From: Anaeramoeba ignava BMAN
Lineage: Eukaryota > Protista > Anaeramoebae
Direction of reading: 5' to 3'
Length of the DNA stretch: 64,000 bases
Assembly (NCBI GenBank): GCA_028826165.1
Contig: JAPDFW010000097.1
Location: 181,531 to 245,530 of the forward strand
A program made the position numbers and the translations under genes. Shown piece after piece: positions 38,325 through 53,200 of the stretch (within the stretch, counting starts at the first letter, position 1; each line of letters opens with the position of its first letter). Below the pieces are notes generated by a model, which saw only the letters and a program-made list of their open reading frames with translations, did not search any database and had not been told where the DNA came from.

Positions 38325-40329
38325 TTAATAAAAATAATTTCTTTTAAGATAATCAATTTCGAAAATCAAACCCAAAATAAAAATAATTCCAAATGAAATT
38401 ATTGAAGGAGTTGAAACAGTTATCCATTCAATAAATATTTTTTGATTTAATTTTAAATAAATTAATAATTCTTGAATAAATAAAATTAACATTGGAATTT
38501 GATAAATAAATAATGAAATGAAATTGATTTTAAGATAAGAATTATAAGTAGAAGGTAAATTTCTAACACTTTTCCATGAATCAGTATTTTTACGACAATA
38601 TCTAAGATAAATAGGCCAAAATATAAATAATACTGTTGGAAGTATATCAATAATAAATAATGGAATAAAAATTGAATTTTGTGTAATTCCTGAAATATTT
38701 TGTTTATAAAGAATAAATAATATCATAAAAGTTGTAATTGGTATATTAAATATAAGAATATAAGAAAGCATAATATTTTTTAAATAATCATCTTCTTCTC
38801 TTATTTTCCTATAAGTAGTTACTGGGAAATAAATCCAAGCTCCAAATGAAATTAGATGAGGAATTAATAATATAAACCATGGAAATGAATTTGAATATTC
38901 TAATTTAATACTTAATAATATTAAAAATATTATTGTACTTATAACTGATGTTATCATTGAAATTGCGAAATGATGAATATGCCGATTATCCTCCATGAAA
39001 TATAAACAAAATCCAATATAAAGTAAACAACATAGAAATATTTCTACAGGAAGAAATATATAAACACAATTTGTTTCAATAATTAAATCAAGTTTTAACA
39101 TTGATAATATAATTGCAATCAGGAATGATAATGAAAATAATATTGGAAGAGTGCCTGCTTCAAATATTTTTAATGCTTTATTAATTTTTTCAGAACTTAT
39201 ATTTGGATGTGAATCGAAAAATTTATAATCTCTCATTGCAAATTGATAAGAATCTTCAAATTTATTGATTTGTTGAGTAAGTAATTTTTTTGGATTATTT
39301 TCAATCAATTCAATAATTTCTTGGTTGGTTATGAAATCTTCTCTAAAATAGATTTGATATCTATCATGTTTGATTTCTGGATATAATTTAGATTTTAAAT
39401 CTCTATTTTGAGGTGTAATATAATATTGATTAGTAGGATCATAATTTGAATTAAGTGGATCATAAAGTGGATCATAAATTGGACTATTTGGATCAAGAAG
39501 TGGATCATAATTTGGACTATTTGGATCAAAACGTGGATCATAAAGTGGATCATTTGGATCAAGAATTACTTCTTTTTTTTCTTTTTCTTTTTCTTTTTCT
39601 TTTTCTTTTTCAATTTCTTTTTCTTTTAAATCAAAATTAATTTCTTCTTCTTTTTTTTGTTTTAATAATCTTTCATGTTCTTCTTCAAAATATTTACAAA
39701 TTCCAATTATTCCTCTAAAACTAAAATAACATGATCTTGTGTTATTATATCTATAACTTGAACCTGCTACCATTAAGAAATCCAAATAAGGAGCAGTTTT
39801 TCTTAAAGCATTTTTCCATAAAATAGGTTCATTTGAAATTCTTTGAAATTGAGAACAAGTTAATTCACAAATACAAAGATGATTTGGTTTATCAAGATAT
39901 TCAAATATCATTAAAATAACTATTTTTATATTTAATTTAATTTAATTAATTTTATTTTAATTTATATTAATTTTTAAATTTATTAAGTTTACGTTCTTCA
40001 GGTAACCAATCAAAATAACTTTCATTTTCTTCTTTTCTTTCAATTTCTAAATCAATTTCTTTCTCATTTTCTTTTTCAATAAAATTTAAATTAATATCTG
40101 AATATAAATCAATATTTTTATCTTCAAATTGCTCATAATTCTTTTTATTATTATTTTGATTATATCCATAATCATAATTATAATCATAAGTATCTTTTTC
40201 AATATAATTAATCATTTTATTTGCTTTGGAAGTTGGATAAATTTCTTTAATAAAAGCTTTGTAATCAGATGGTAAATAAATTTGAATAATTTCATAATAA
40301 GGTAATGGTTTATTTGGATTTAAATTCAT
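38325..40329 (-). CDS. F-box multipass membrane protein, copy 2
   Basis: Same two-exon structure as copy 1 and highly similar sequence. Confidence 0.85.
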
Positions 40330-40413
40330 TTTTTATTTTTAAAAAGAAAAATGAAAAAAATATTTTTGGAATTTATTATTTTTGTTCTTCTTTTTAAAAT
40401 AAAATTAAATTGA

Positions 40414-42359
40414 TTAATAAAAATAATTTCTTTTGAAGATAATCAATTTCGAAAATCAAACCCAAAATAAAAATAATTCCAAATGAAATTATTGAAGGAG
40501 TTGAAACAGTTATCCATTCAATAAATATTTTTTGATTTAATTTTAAATAAATTAATAATTCTTGAATAAATAAAATTAACATTGGAATTTGATAAATAAA
40601 TAATGAAATGAAATTGATTTTAAGATAAGAATCGTAACTAGAAGGTAAATTTCTAACACTTTTCCATGAATCAGTATGTTTACGACAATATCTAAGATAA
40701 ATAGGCCAAAATATAAATAATACTGTTGGAAGTATATCAATAATAAATAATGGAATAAAAATTGAATTTTGTGTAATTCCTGGAATATTTTGTTTATAAA
40801 GAATAAATAATATCATAAAAGTTGTAATTGGTATATTGAATATAAGAATATAAGAAAGCATAATATTTGTCAAATAATCATCTTCTTTTCTTATTTTCCT
40901 ATAAGTAGTTACTGGGAAATAAATCCAAGCTCCAAATGAAATTAGATGAGGAATTAATAATATAAACCATGGAAATGAATTTGAATATTCTAATTTAATA
41001 CTTAATAATATTAAAAATATTATTGTACTTATAACTGATATTATCATTGAAATTGCAAAACGATAAGTATGCCGATTTATTTTCTTAAAATAGAAACAAA
41101 ATCCAATATAAAGTAAACAACAGAAAGATATTTCTAAAGGAAGAAATATATAAACACAATTTGTTTCAATAATTAAATCAAGTTTTAACATTGATAATAT
41201 AATTGTAATCAAGAATGATAATGAAAATAATATTGGAACAACTCCTCCTTCAAATATTTTTAATGCTTTATCTATTTTTTCAGAACTTATATTTGGATGT
41301 GAATCAAAAAATTTATAATCTCTCATTGCAAATTGATAAGAATCTTCAAATTTATTGATTTGTTGAGTAAGTAATTTTTTTGGATTATTTTCAATCAATT
41401 CAATAATTTCTTGGTTGGTTATGAAACCTTCTTTGAAATAAATTTGATATTTATCATGTTTGATTTCTGGATATAATTTAGATTTTAAATCTCTATTTTG
41501 AGGTGTAATATAATATTGATTAGTAGGATCATAATTTGAATTAAATGGATCATAAAGTGGATCATAAAGTGGATCATTTGGATCAAAAAGTGGATCATAA
41601 AGTGGATCATTTGGATCAAGAATCACTTTTTCTTTTTCTTTTTCTTTTTCTTTTTCAATTTCTTTTTCTTTTAAATCAAAATTAATTTCTTCTTCTTTTT
41701 TTTGTTTTAATAATCTTTCATGTTCTTCTTCAAAATATTTACAAATTCCAATTATTCCTTTAAAATTAAAATAACATGATCTTGTGTTATTATATCTATA
41801 AGCATAATTTGATACCACAAAGAAATCCAAATAAGGAGCAATTTTTCTTAAAACATTTTTCCATAAAATAGGTTCATTTGAAATTCTTTGAAATTGAGAA
41901 CAAGTTAATTCACAAATACAAAGATAATTTGGTTTATCAAGATATTCAAATATCATTAAAATAACTATTTTTATATTTAATTTAATTTAATTAATTTTAT
42001 TTTATTTTAATTTATTAAATTTATTAAATTTACGTTCTTCAGGTAACCAATCAAAATAACTTTCATTTTCATTTTCAATTTCTAAATCAATTTCTTTTTC
42101 TTTTTCTTTTTGTATAAAATTTAAATTAATATCTGAATATAAATCAATATTTTTATCTTCAAATTGCTCATAATTCTTTTTATTATTATTATTATTTTGA
42201 TTATAAGTATAATCATAAGTATCTTTTTCAATATAATTAATCCATTTTATTTGCTTTGGAAGTTGGATAAATTTCTTTAATAAAATCTTTGTAATTAGTT
42301 TGTAAATAAATTTGAATAATTTCATAATAAGGTAATGGTTTATTTGGATTTAAATTCAT
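40414..42359 (-). CDS. F-box multipass membrane protein, copy 3 (apparent indels near both ends)
   Basis: Paralogous ORFs 42002-42325 and 40394-41956. Start and stop inferred by alignment with copy 2. Confidence 0.8.
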
Positions 42360-42451
42360 TTTTTATTTTTTTTAAAAAGAAAAAAATGAAAAAAATATTT
42401 TTGAAATTTAAATTTATTTTTGTTCTTCTTTTTAAAATAAAATTAAATTGA

Positions 42452-44332
42452 TTAATAACCATAAAGACGTCTTCTTCTAATTAGTTTAATTTCGAAAATC
42501 AAACCAAAAATCAAAAATAAATCCAAATGAAATTATTGAAGGAGTTGAAACAGTTATCCATTCAATAAATATTTTTTGATTTAATTTTAAATAAATTAAT
42601 AATTCTTGAATAAATAAAATTAACATTGGAATTTGATAAATAAATAATGAAATGAAATTGATTTTAAGATAAGAATTATAAGTAGAAGGTAAATTTCTAA
42701 CACTTTTCCATGAATCAGTATGTTTACGACAATATCTAAGATAAATAGGCCAAAATATAAATAATACTGTTGGAAGTATATCAATAATAAATAATGGAAT
42801 AAAAATTGAATTTTGTGTAATTCCTGAAATATTTTGTTTATAAAGAATAAATAATATCATAAAAGTTGTAATTGGTATATTGAATATAAGAATATAAGAA
42901 AGCATAATATTTTTCAAATAATCATCTTCTTCTCTTATTTTCCTATAAGTAGTTACTGGGAAATAAATCCAAGCTCCAAATGAAATTAGATGAGGAATTA
43001 ATAATATAAACCATGGAAATGAATTTGAATATTCTAATTTAATACTTAATAATATTAAAAATATTATTGTACTTATAACTGATATTATCATTGAAATTGT
43101 GAAATGATAAAAATCCCGACTATCTCTAGTCATATAGAAACAAAATCCAATATAAAGTAAACAACAGAAAGATATTTCTACAGGAAGAAATATATAAACA
43201 CAATTTGTTTCAATAATTAAATCAAGTTTTAACATTGATAATATAATTGCAATAAGGAATGATAATGAAAATAATATTGGAACAACTCCTCCTTCAAATA
43301 TTTTTAATGCTTTATCTATTTTTTGAGGATTTGGAGGATATGGATGTGAATCAAAAAATTTATAATCTCTCTTTATTACTCTATAAGCATCTTCAAATTT
43401 ATTGATTTGTTGAGTAATTAATTTTTTTGGATTATTTTCAATCAATTTAATAATTTCTTTTTTGATTTCTAAATTTCCAACAAATGGAATTAAATTGATC
43501 ATAAGGAAGATGTTGATATAATTTATTTTTTGAATTTTGATTTGGGTAATAATTTGTATCATAATATGAATCATCAAAAAGTAAATCAATATGATTATCA
43601 ACCAATTCATTGATTTTATTATTTAATGGATTTTCTTTTTCTTTTTCTTTTCCATCATAATTAATTTTTTCTTCTTCTTTTTGTTTTAATAATCTTTCAT
43701 GTTCTTCTTCAAAATATTTACAAATTCCAATTACTCCTTTAAATGAAAAATAAAATGATCTTGTTTGATATCTATAAGCATAGCCTGCTGCCATTAAGAA
43801 ATCCAAATAAGGAGCAGTTTTTCTTAAAGCATTTTTCCATAAAATAGGTTCATTTGAAATTCTTTGAAATTGAGAACAAGTTGCTTCACAAATACAAAGA
43901 TGAATTGGTTTATCAAGATATTCAAATATCATTAAAATAACTATTTTTATATTTAATTTATTTAATTAATTTTATTTTATATTAATTTATTAATTTATTA
44001 AGTTTACGTTCTTCAGGTAACCAATCAAAATAACTTTCATTTTCTTCTTTTCTTTCAATTTCTAAATCAATTTCTTTTTCTTTTTCTTTTTCTTTTTGAA
44101 TAAAATTTAAATTAATATCTGAATATAAATCAATATTTTTATCTGAAAAATCTTCATAGTTATTATTTTGTTGATTATAAGTATAATTATAAGTATCTTT
44201 TTCAATATAATTAAGTATTTTATTTGCTTTGGAAGTTGGATATATTTCTTTAATAAAATTTGTATAAGTTATATTTGAATAAATTTGTATAATTTCATAA
44301 TAAGGTGTTTTTTTATTTTTATTTAAATTCAT
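42452..44332 (-). CDS. F-box multipass membrane protein, copy 4 (frameshifted in this sequence)
   Basis: ORFs 43982-44332, 43447-43932 and 42486-43610 align with the other copies. Confidence 0.75.
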
Positions 44333-44448
44333 TTTTGATATTTTAAATGAAAAAAAATGAAAAAAATGATTTTCGAAATTTTTTTAATTTTGATTTTAAA
44401 AAAAAAAAAAGAATTCAATTTGGGAATTTCATTTTCAATTTGCTTATT

Positions 44449-46352
44449 TTAATAATAATGGTAACGATATCTTCTTCTAATTTCATTAATTTCAAGCGAT
44501 ATTCCAAAAATCAAAAAACCACCAAGTGTAATTATTGAAGGAGTTGAAACAGTTATCCATTCAATAAATATTTTTTGATTTAATTTTAAATAAATTAATA
44601 ATTCTTGAATAAATAGAATTAACATTGGAATTTGATAAATAAATAATGAAATGAAATTGATTTTAAGATAAGAATTATAAGTAGAAGGTAAATTTCTAAC
44701 ACTTTTCCATGAATCAATATATTTACGACAATATCTAAGATAAATAGGCCAAAATATAAATAATACTGTTGGAAGTATATCAATAATGAATAATGGAATA
44801 AAAATTGAATTTTGTGTAATTCCTGAAATATTTTGTTTATAAAGAATAAATAATATCATAAAAGTTGTAATTGGTATATGAAATATAAGAATATATGAAA
44901 GCATAATGTTTATTAAATAATCATCTTCTTCTTTTCTTATTTTCCTATAAGTTGTTACTGGGAAATAAATCCAAGCTCCAAATGAAATTAAATGAGGAAT
45001 TAATAATATAAACCATGGAAATGAATTTGGATATTCTAATTTAATACTTAATAATATTAAAAATATTATTGTACTTATAACTGATGTTATCATTGAAATT
45101 GTGAAATGATAAGAAGATCTACCATTTTTCTTAAAATAGAAACAAAATCCAATATAAAGTAAACAACATAGAAATATTTCTACAGGAAGAAATATATAAA
45201 CACAATTTGTTTCAATAATTAAATCAAGTTTTAACATTGATAATATAATTGTAATCAAAAATGATAATGAAAATAATATTGGAACAACTCCTCCTTCAAA
45301 TATTTTCAATGCTTTATCTATTTTTCGAGGGTTTGAAGGTAATGGATGTGAATCAAAAAATTTATAATCTTTCTTTATTAATCTATAAGCATGTTCAAAT
45401 TTATTGATTTGTTGAGTAACTAATTTTTTTGGATTATTTTCAATCAATTTAATAATTTCTTTTTTGATTTGTAAATTTTCTTGGAAATAAAGTTGATATT
45501 TATCATCTTTAATTTCTGGATATAATTTAGATAACGAAGATATGTTTTGATAAATTAAATGATCAGCAAACTGATCCATAATATCGAGTGGATCTTCAGC
45601 AATATTTTCAATTATACGCCCTGAATCAAGAATTAGATCATAATTTGGATCATTTGGATCAAGAATTAGTTTGTTATTTTCTTTTTCTTTTTCTTTATAA
45701 TAAATTTCTTCTTCTTCTTTTTGTTTTAATAATCTTTCATATTCTTCTTCAAAATATTTACAAATTCCAATTACTCCTCTAAAACTAAAATGACATGATC
45801 TTGTTGTTGGATATCTTGAAGTATAACTTGATATAAATAAGAAATCCAAATAAGGAGCAGTTTTTCTTAAAGCATTTTTCCATAAAATAGGTTCATTTGA
45901 AATTCTTTTAAATTGAGAACAAGTTGCTTCACAAATACAAAGATGACTTGGTTTATCAAGATATTCAAATATCATTAAAATAACTATTTTTATATTTAAT
46001 TTATTAATTTTATTTTATATTAATTTATTAAATTATTAAGTTTACGTTCTTCAGGTAACCAATCAAAATAATTTTCATTTTCTTTTTCTTTTTCTTTTTT
46101 TTCTTCTTCTTTTTTTCTTTTTTCTTTTCTTTTAAAATTTAAACTCATCTCTGAATATAAATCAATATTTTGATCTTCAAATTCTTCTTCAATTAAATAT
46201 GTAATAGCATTATTATTTGGTTGTAAAAAATTAATCATTTTATTTGTTTTGGAAATTGGATAAATTTCTTTAATAAAATTTTTATAATCAATTTCTAAGT
46301 AAATTTGAATATTTTCATAATAAGGTAATGGTTTATTTTCATTTGATTTCAT
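44449..46352 (-). CDS. F-box multipass membrane protein, copy 5 (most divergent N-terminus)
   Basis: ORFs 46020-46352 and 44449-45975 are joined by the conserved F-box intron. Confidence 0.85.
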
Positions 46353-46434
46353 TTTGTTTTGAAAAAAAAATTTGAGAAAAATGAAAAAAAAATTTAAAAA
46401 AGCAAAAATATTTTTGGATTTTCTTTTCTTTTCA

Positions 46435-47095
46435 AATTTAATAAAATAAATTCAAAATTAAATTAAATTATTATTTAATATTATTTAATTTTTATTTAAA
46501 TTTATTATTAAAAATATTTTATTCCACTTTTTTTCATTTAAATTTTTAATAAATATTTTTAAATTAAAATTATATTTTAAATAATAAATTTATTTCTAAA
46601 TATAAAATAAATTCAAAATTAAATTAAATTATTATTTAATATTATTTAATTTTTATTTAAATTTATTATTAAAAATATTTTATTCCACTTTTTTTCATTT
46701 AAATTTTTAATAAATATTTTTAAATTAAAAATATATTTTAAATAATAAATTTATTTCTAAATATAGAATAAATTCAAAATTAAATTAAATTATTATTTAA
46801 TATTATTTAATTTTTATTTAAATTTATTATTAAAAATATTTTATTCCACTTTTTCATTTTAAATTTTTAATAAATATTTTTAAATTAAAAATATTTTAAA
46901 TAATAAAATTATTTCTAAATATAAAATAAATTTAAAATCCAATTAATTTATTATTTAATATTATTTAATTTTTATTTAATTTTATTATTAAAAATATTTT
47001 ATTCCACTTTTTCATTTAAATTTTTAATAAATATTTTTAAATTAAAATAATATTTTAAATAATAAATTTATTTCTAAATATAAAATAAATTCAAA
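46435..47095. repeat. AT-rich tandem array, ~160-bp unit, ~4 copies
   Basis: TATTCCACTTTTT(TT)CATTT recurs at ~46520, 46681, 46842 and 47000. Confidence 0.88.
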
Positions 47096-47555
47096 ATCAA
47101 ATTAAATATTAAATTAAACTTATTCTTATTTTTATATTTATATGTTAAATATTTAAATAATAAAATATTTAAATTTAAAACAATAAATTATTATTTTAAT
47201 AATGGAATTAAATATTAAATTATATTTTTAAATTGATTTATAAATTAAATATTAAATTAAACTTATTCTTATTTTTTATATTTTTATGTTAAATATTTAA
47301 ATAATAAAATATTTAAATCTAAAACAATAAATTAATATTTTAATAATAAAATTAAATAATAAATTATATTTTTAAATTGATTTATAAATTAAATATTAAA
47401 TTAAACTTATTCTTATTTTTTATATTTTTATGTTAAATATTTAAATAATAAAATATTTAAATCTAAAACAATAAATTATTATTTAAATAATAAAATTAAA
47501 TATTAAATTATATTTTTAAATTAATTTATTAATTAAATATTAAATTAAACTTATC
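47096..47555. repeat. ~140-bp-unit array, ~3 copies, same family as 26760-28630
   Basis: Shares TATGTTAAATATTTAAATAATAAAATATTTAAATCTAAAACAATAAATT with that array. Confidence 0.88.
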
Positions 47556-47639
47556 TCAGTTTTTTCAAAAGTTTTTCAAAAGTTTTTCAAAATTGTTTTT
47601 TCATTTTTCATTTTTCATTTTTTTTCTTTTAAAAAGAAA

Positions 47640-49840
47640 ATGGAGTGTCTTAAATGGAATTACACACCTGAACAAATAACAACAAAAACAGATGAAATAA
47701 TAGCAAAAAGTCAAAAAACACATGATGAAATAGCAAAACTAAAAAAAGGAGAAAACACATATACAAACACACTATTAGCACTAATAGAAGAAGAAAGAGA
47801 AGGAACAAATTGGGGGTGCATAGTAGGACTTTTAAGCGAAACATATCCTGATGCAAAAGTACGGGACGCATCACGAGAAGCCGATGAAAAACTAAGCAAA
47901 TTTTGGATTGATATGAGCATGAGAGAAGATGTTTTTATTTCCGTTAAAAATTATCAAGAAACACTTACTGAAGAATTGGATCATGAACAGAAACGCTTTC
48001 TTGAAAGATTGATCCGCGATTTTAAAAGAAACGGTCTTGATTTGGAAAAAGAAAAACGGGAAGAAATGAAAAGCAAAAAAAAGAAAATAACGGAAAATTC
48101 AATCAAATATTCAAAAAATTTAAATGAAGATAAAACGAAACTTTTATTTGACAAGCAAGAGCTCGAAGGATTGAATGAAGACTTGATAAACGAGCTTGAA
48201 AAGCAAGAAGAGAAATATGTGATTACATTGAAATATCCGCACGTTTTCCCAATTCTCGAGAAATGCAAAGTGGGAAATACACGAAAAAAAGTTTTATTCG
48301 AATTCAATTCAAGATCAAAAGAAGAAAACACGAAATTATTTGAGGAAACACTTGAGCTTCGGCATCAAATCGCGAAGCTACTTGGATTCCAAAACCACGC
48401 CGAGTTCGCACTTGATATACGGATGGCGAAAAAGCCAGAGACGGTGATGAATTTTCTTGACAGTTTGTGTGAAAAACTTCCAGGAGAAAGTGAACTTGAA
48501 GTTTTAAGAAAACTTAAAAGAGAAGAATTGAAAATTCCCGATGATCAAGAGGTTGTTATTGAGGATTGGGACTTTAGATATTATCATAAATTACTATTGG
48601 AAACAAAATATCAAGTCGATGATAATGTTATTTCTCAGTATTTTCCGTTGGAAAAAGTAATTGAAGGAATGCTTGAAATTTATCAACAAGTTTTGGGATT
48701 GGATTTTAAACAAGTTGCTATTGATTTTAATAATCCCGAAGAAAAAATGAAAGTTTGGCATGAAGAAGTGAAACTATTTGAAATTTACGATTCAGAAAAA
48801 AAGGATTTTGTTGGACATTTTTATCTAGATTTATTTCCACGTGAAGGAAAATATGGACATGCAGCTGAATTTTCGATCAGACATTCATGCAAAAAACCCG
48901 ATGGAACAAGACAATATCCAATTGCAGCAATGGTTTGCAACTTTACGAAACCAACCAAGGACAAACCGTCGCTGCTTCAGCATTCAGAAGTGGAAACAAT
49001 GTTTCACGAATTTGGGCACTTAATGCATGAGTTGTGCTCAACAGTCGATATTATACGTTTTTCTGGAACAAATGTTGATCTCGACTTCGTTGAAACTCCT
49101 TCGCAAATGTGTGAGAATTGGGTTTGGCAGGAAGACTCTCTTAAAAAGATTTCTCTTCATTATAAATCAAATGATCCACTTCCTATTGAGTTGATTCAGA
49201 AAATGACTAATGCTAAGAATGTTGATGCTGGTTTGTTTTATAGAAGACAACTTTTCTTCGGTATTTTTGACCAAAATGTTCATTCTCAAGAGAAAAGTGA
49301 TACTTATAAATTGACAAGAGAAATTCGTAAAAAGATTTGTTTGATTGAACAAATTGAAGGAACAACACTTGCTAATACATTTGGTCATTTGATGTCTATG
49401 TGAATTTAAATTCAATATAAAATTCATTTATAAAATTCAATATTAATTAAAATTCAAATTCAAATTTAAAATTCAATATAAAATTCAATATAAAATTCAA
49501 TATAAAATTAAAATTTAAAATTAAAATTAAAATTTAATATTAAAATTAAAATTAAAATTCAATATAAAATTCATTTATAAAATTAATACTAATATTAAAA
49601 TTAAAATTAAAAAGGTATGATGCTGGTTATTATAGTTATCTTTGGTCAGAAGTTTTTAGTCATGATATTTTCCAACGTTTTAAAAAAGAAGGTTTATTAT
49701 CTTCTGTTGTTGGTAAACAATTAAGACAAACAATTTTATCTCAAGGCGCTAAAAGAGATGCAATGGAATTATTAAAAGAATTTTTAGGAAGAGAACCAAA
49801 TGAAGAAGCATTTCTTGAATCAATTTTTGGAAAGAAATGA
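47640..49840 (+). CDS. M3A metallopeptidase (thimet oligopeptidase/neurolysin-like); exons 47640-49399 and 49615-49840
   Basis: FYLDLFPREGKYGHAA, zinc motif FHEFGHLMH, DFVETPSQMCENW. Exon 2 supplies YDAGYYSYLWSEVFSHDIF...FLGREPNEEAFL. Confidence 0.95.
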
Positions 49841-50267
49841 ATTAAAAAAAAAGAAATTTCTTTAATCAATTTTTGGAAAGAAATGAATTAAAACAACAAA
49901 TTTCTTGAATCAATTTTTGGAAAGAAATGAATTAAAAAAAAAGAAATTTCTTGAATCAATTTTTGGAAAGAAATGAATTAAAACAAACAAATTTCTTCTT
50001 TTTTCTTTTTTTTTCAATTTCAATTCCACTTTTTTCTTTTCAAAAATAAAAATTCCAAAAAATAAAAAATAAGAACAAAAATTATTCCATTTTTTTTTTT
50101 TTGCTTTTTTTTATTCATTTTTTTTAATATTTTTTTTTTGAAAAGTAAAATGATTAAAAAAAACAAAAAAAAAATTATAGAAAACTTGTGTTTTTTTTTT
50201 TGAAAATTATTTTAAGAGATCTATCATAAAAGAAAATAGAAAATTGAATAAAATAGAAAATATTTTT

Positions 50268-53200
50268 TTAACCACAACAACCTTGAGAATTTTGTTTTTT
50301 AGTTTTCTTTTTTTTAGGAGTTGAAACAGGAACAGTTTGAGGTTTTTCTTCTACAACTTGATGACTAAAAAATTAAAATTAAAATTAAAATTAAAATTAA
50401 AATTAAAATTAAAATTAAAATTAAAATTAAAATTAAAATTAAAATTAAAATTAAAATTAAAATTTAAATTAAAAATTAAAATTAAAATTTAAATTAAAAT
50501 TCAAATTAAAATTAAAATTAAAAATTAATATTAAAATTTAAATTAAAATTAAAATTAAAATTAAATTTAAATTAAAATCAAATTTTAAATTAAAATTAAA
50601 AATTAAAATTAAAAATTAAAATTAAAATTAAAATTAAAATCAATATTAAAATTAAAATTAAAATTAAAATTAAAATTAAAATTAAAATTAAAATTAAAAT
50701 CAAAATTAAAATTAAAATTAAAATCAAAATTAAAATTAAAATTAAAATTAAAATTAATATTAAAATTTAAATTAAAATTCAAATTAAAATTAAAATTTAA
50801 ATTAAAATTAAAATTAAAATTAAAATTAAATTTAAAATTAAAATTAAAAATTTAAAATTAAATTAAAATTAAAATTAAAATTAAAATTAAAATTAATATT
50901 AAAATTAAATTTAAATTAAAATACTCTTTTAAAATTTCTGTTGCTAAAGTTTGAAAAGCATCAAAAATATTTTCACCAGATTTGGCACTAACTTCAAAAA
51001 ATAAAGCACCATATTGATTAGCAAGTTTTCTACCAGATTTTTCATTAACAACACGTTTAAAAGCCAAATCTTTTTTATTTCCCATTAACATTCTTTTTGC
51101 TTTTTGAGGAGCTTTTTCAGCTAAATTATCAAACCATTCTTCGACACATTTAAAACTATTTTCATTAGTAATATCATAAACAACAATAACTCCATCTGCA
51201 TTTCGATAATAATTATGTGTTATTGATCGAAAAACTTCTTGTCCTAAAATATTTTGTTTGTCGTTTAAAAATTTTCATTATAAAAGAAATTGTTGATTCT
51301 CATTTTTCTTTTGTAATTTTTTTTTAAATTTACCAGCTGTATCCCACTTTATTTTTGTTTATAAATTAAATTGAAATTATAAATTAAATTGGAATTATAA
51401 ATTAAATTGAAATAATAAATTAAATTAAATTGAAATTATAAATTAAATTGAAATTATAAATTAAATTGGAATTATAAATTAAATTGAAATTAAATTGTAA
51501 TTATAAATTAAATTGAAATTATAAATTAAATTAAAATTATAAATTAAATTGAAATTATAAATTAAATTGAAATTATAAATTAAATTGAAATTATAAATTA
51601 AATTGAAATTATAAATTAAATTGGAATTATAAATTAAATTGAAATTATAAATTAAATTGAAATTAAATTAAATTAAATTGAAATTATAAATTAAATTGAA
51701 ATTATAAACTAAATTGAAATTATAAATTAAATTGAAATTATAAAATTAAATTGGAATAATAAATTAAATTGGAATTATAAATTAAATTGGAATTATAAAT
51801 TAAAATTGAAATTATAAATTAAAGAATTGAAATTATAAATTAAATTTGAAATTAAATTGAAAAATTATAAATTAAATTGAAATTATAAATTAAATTGAAA
51901 TTATAAATTAAAATTGAAATTAAGTTAATAAATTAAATTGAAATTATAAATTAAAATTAAAAATTGAAATTAAATTGTTAATAAATTAAATTGAAATTAT
52001 AAAATGAAATTGAAATTATAAATTAAGTTGGAATAATAAATTAAATTGAAATTATAAATTAAAATTGAAATTATAAATTAAATTGAAATTAAAATTAAAT
52101 TGAAATTATAAATTAAATTAAAATTATAAATTAAATTGAAATTATAAATTTAAATTGAAATTATAAATTAAATTGAAATAATAAAATTAAATTAAAATTA
52201 TAAATTAAATTGAAATAATAAATTAAATTGAAATTAATTAAAATGAAATTGAAATTAAATTGAAATTATAAATTAAAATTGAAATTATAAATTAAATTGA
52301 AATTACCAAATTAAATTGAAATTATAAATTAAAATTGAAAATAATAAATTAAATTGAAATTAAAATAAATTAAATTGAAATAAAATTAAAAATGAAAAAA
52401 TAGAAATTAAATTGAAATTAAAATTAAATTGAAATAATAAATTAAATTGAAATAATAAATTAAATTGAAATTAAATTAAATTAAATTGGAATTATAAATT
52501 AAAATTGGAATTATAAATTAAATTGAAATTATAAATTAAATTGAAATAATAAATTAAATTGAAATAATAAATTAAATTGAAAATTATAAATTAAATTGAA
52601 ATTATAAATTAAATTGAAATTATAAATTAAATTGAAATTGGAATTATAAATTAAATTGAAATTAAATTCAAAATTATAAATTAAATTGAAATAATAAATT
52701 AAATTGAAATTATAAATTAAATTGAAATTATAAATTAAATTGAAATTTAGTTTAAAAATAAAAATGAAATTATAAATTAAATTGAAATTATAAATTGAAA
52801 TTGAAATTATAAATTAAATTGAAATTATAAATTAAATTGAAATAATAAATTAAATTGAAAAATTAATAAATTAAATTGAAATTATAAATTAAATTGAAAT
52901 TATAAATTAAATTGAAATTATAAATTAAATTGAAATTATAAAAATTAAATTAAATTGAAATAATAAATTAAATTGAAATTATAAATTAAATTGAAATTAT
53001 AAATTAAATTAAATTGAAATTGAAATTATAAATTAAATTGAAATTATAAATTAAATTGAAATTATAAATTAAATTGAAATTATAAAATTAAATTGAAATT
53101 ATAAATTAAATTGAAATTATAAATTAAATTGAAATTATAAATTAAATTGAAATTATAAATTAAATTGAAATTAAATTGAAATTATAAATTAAATTGAAAT

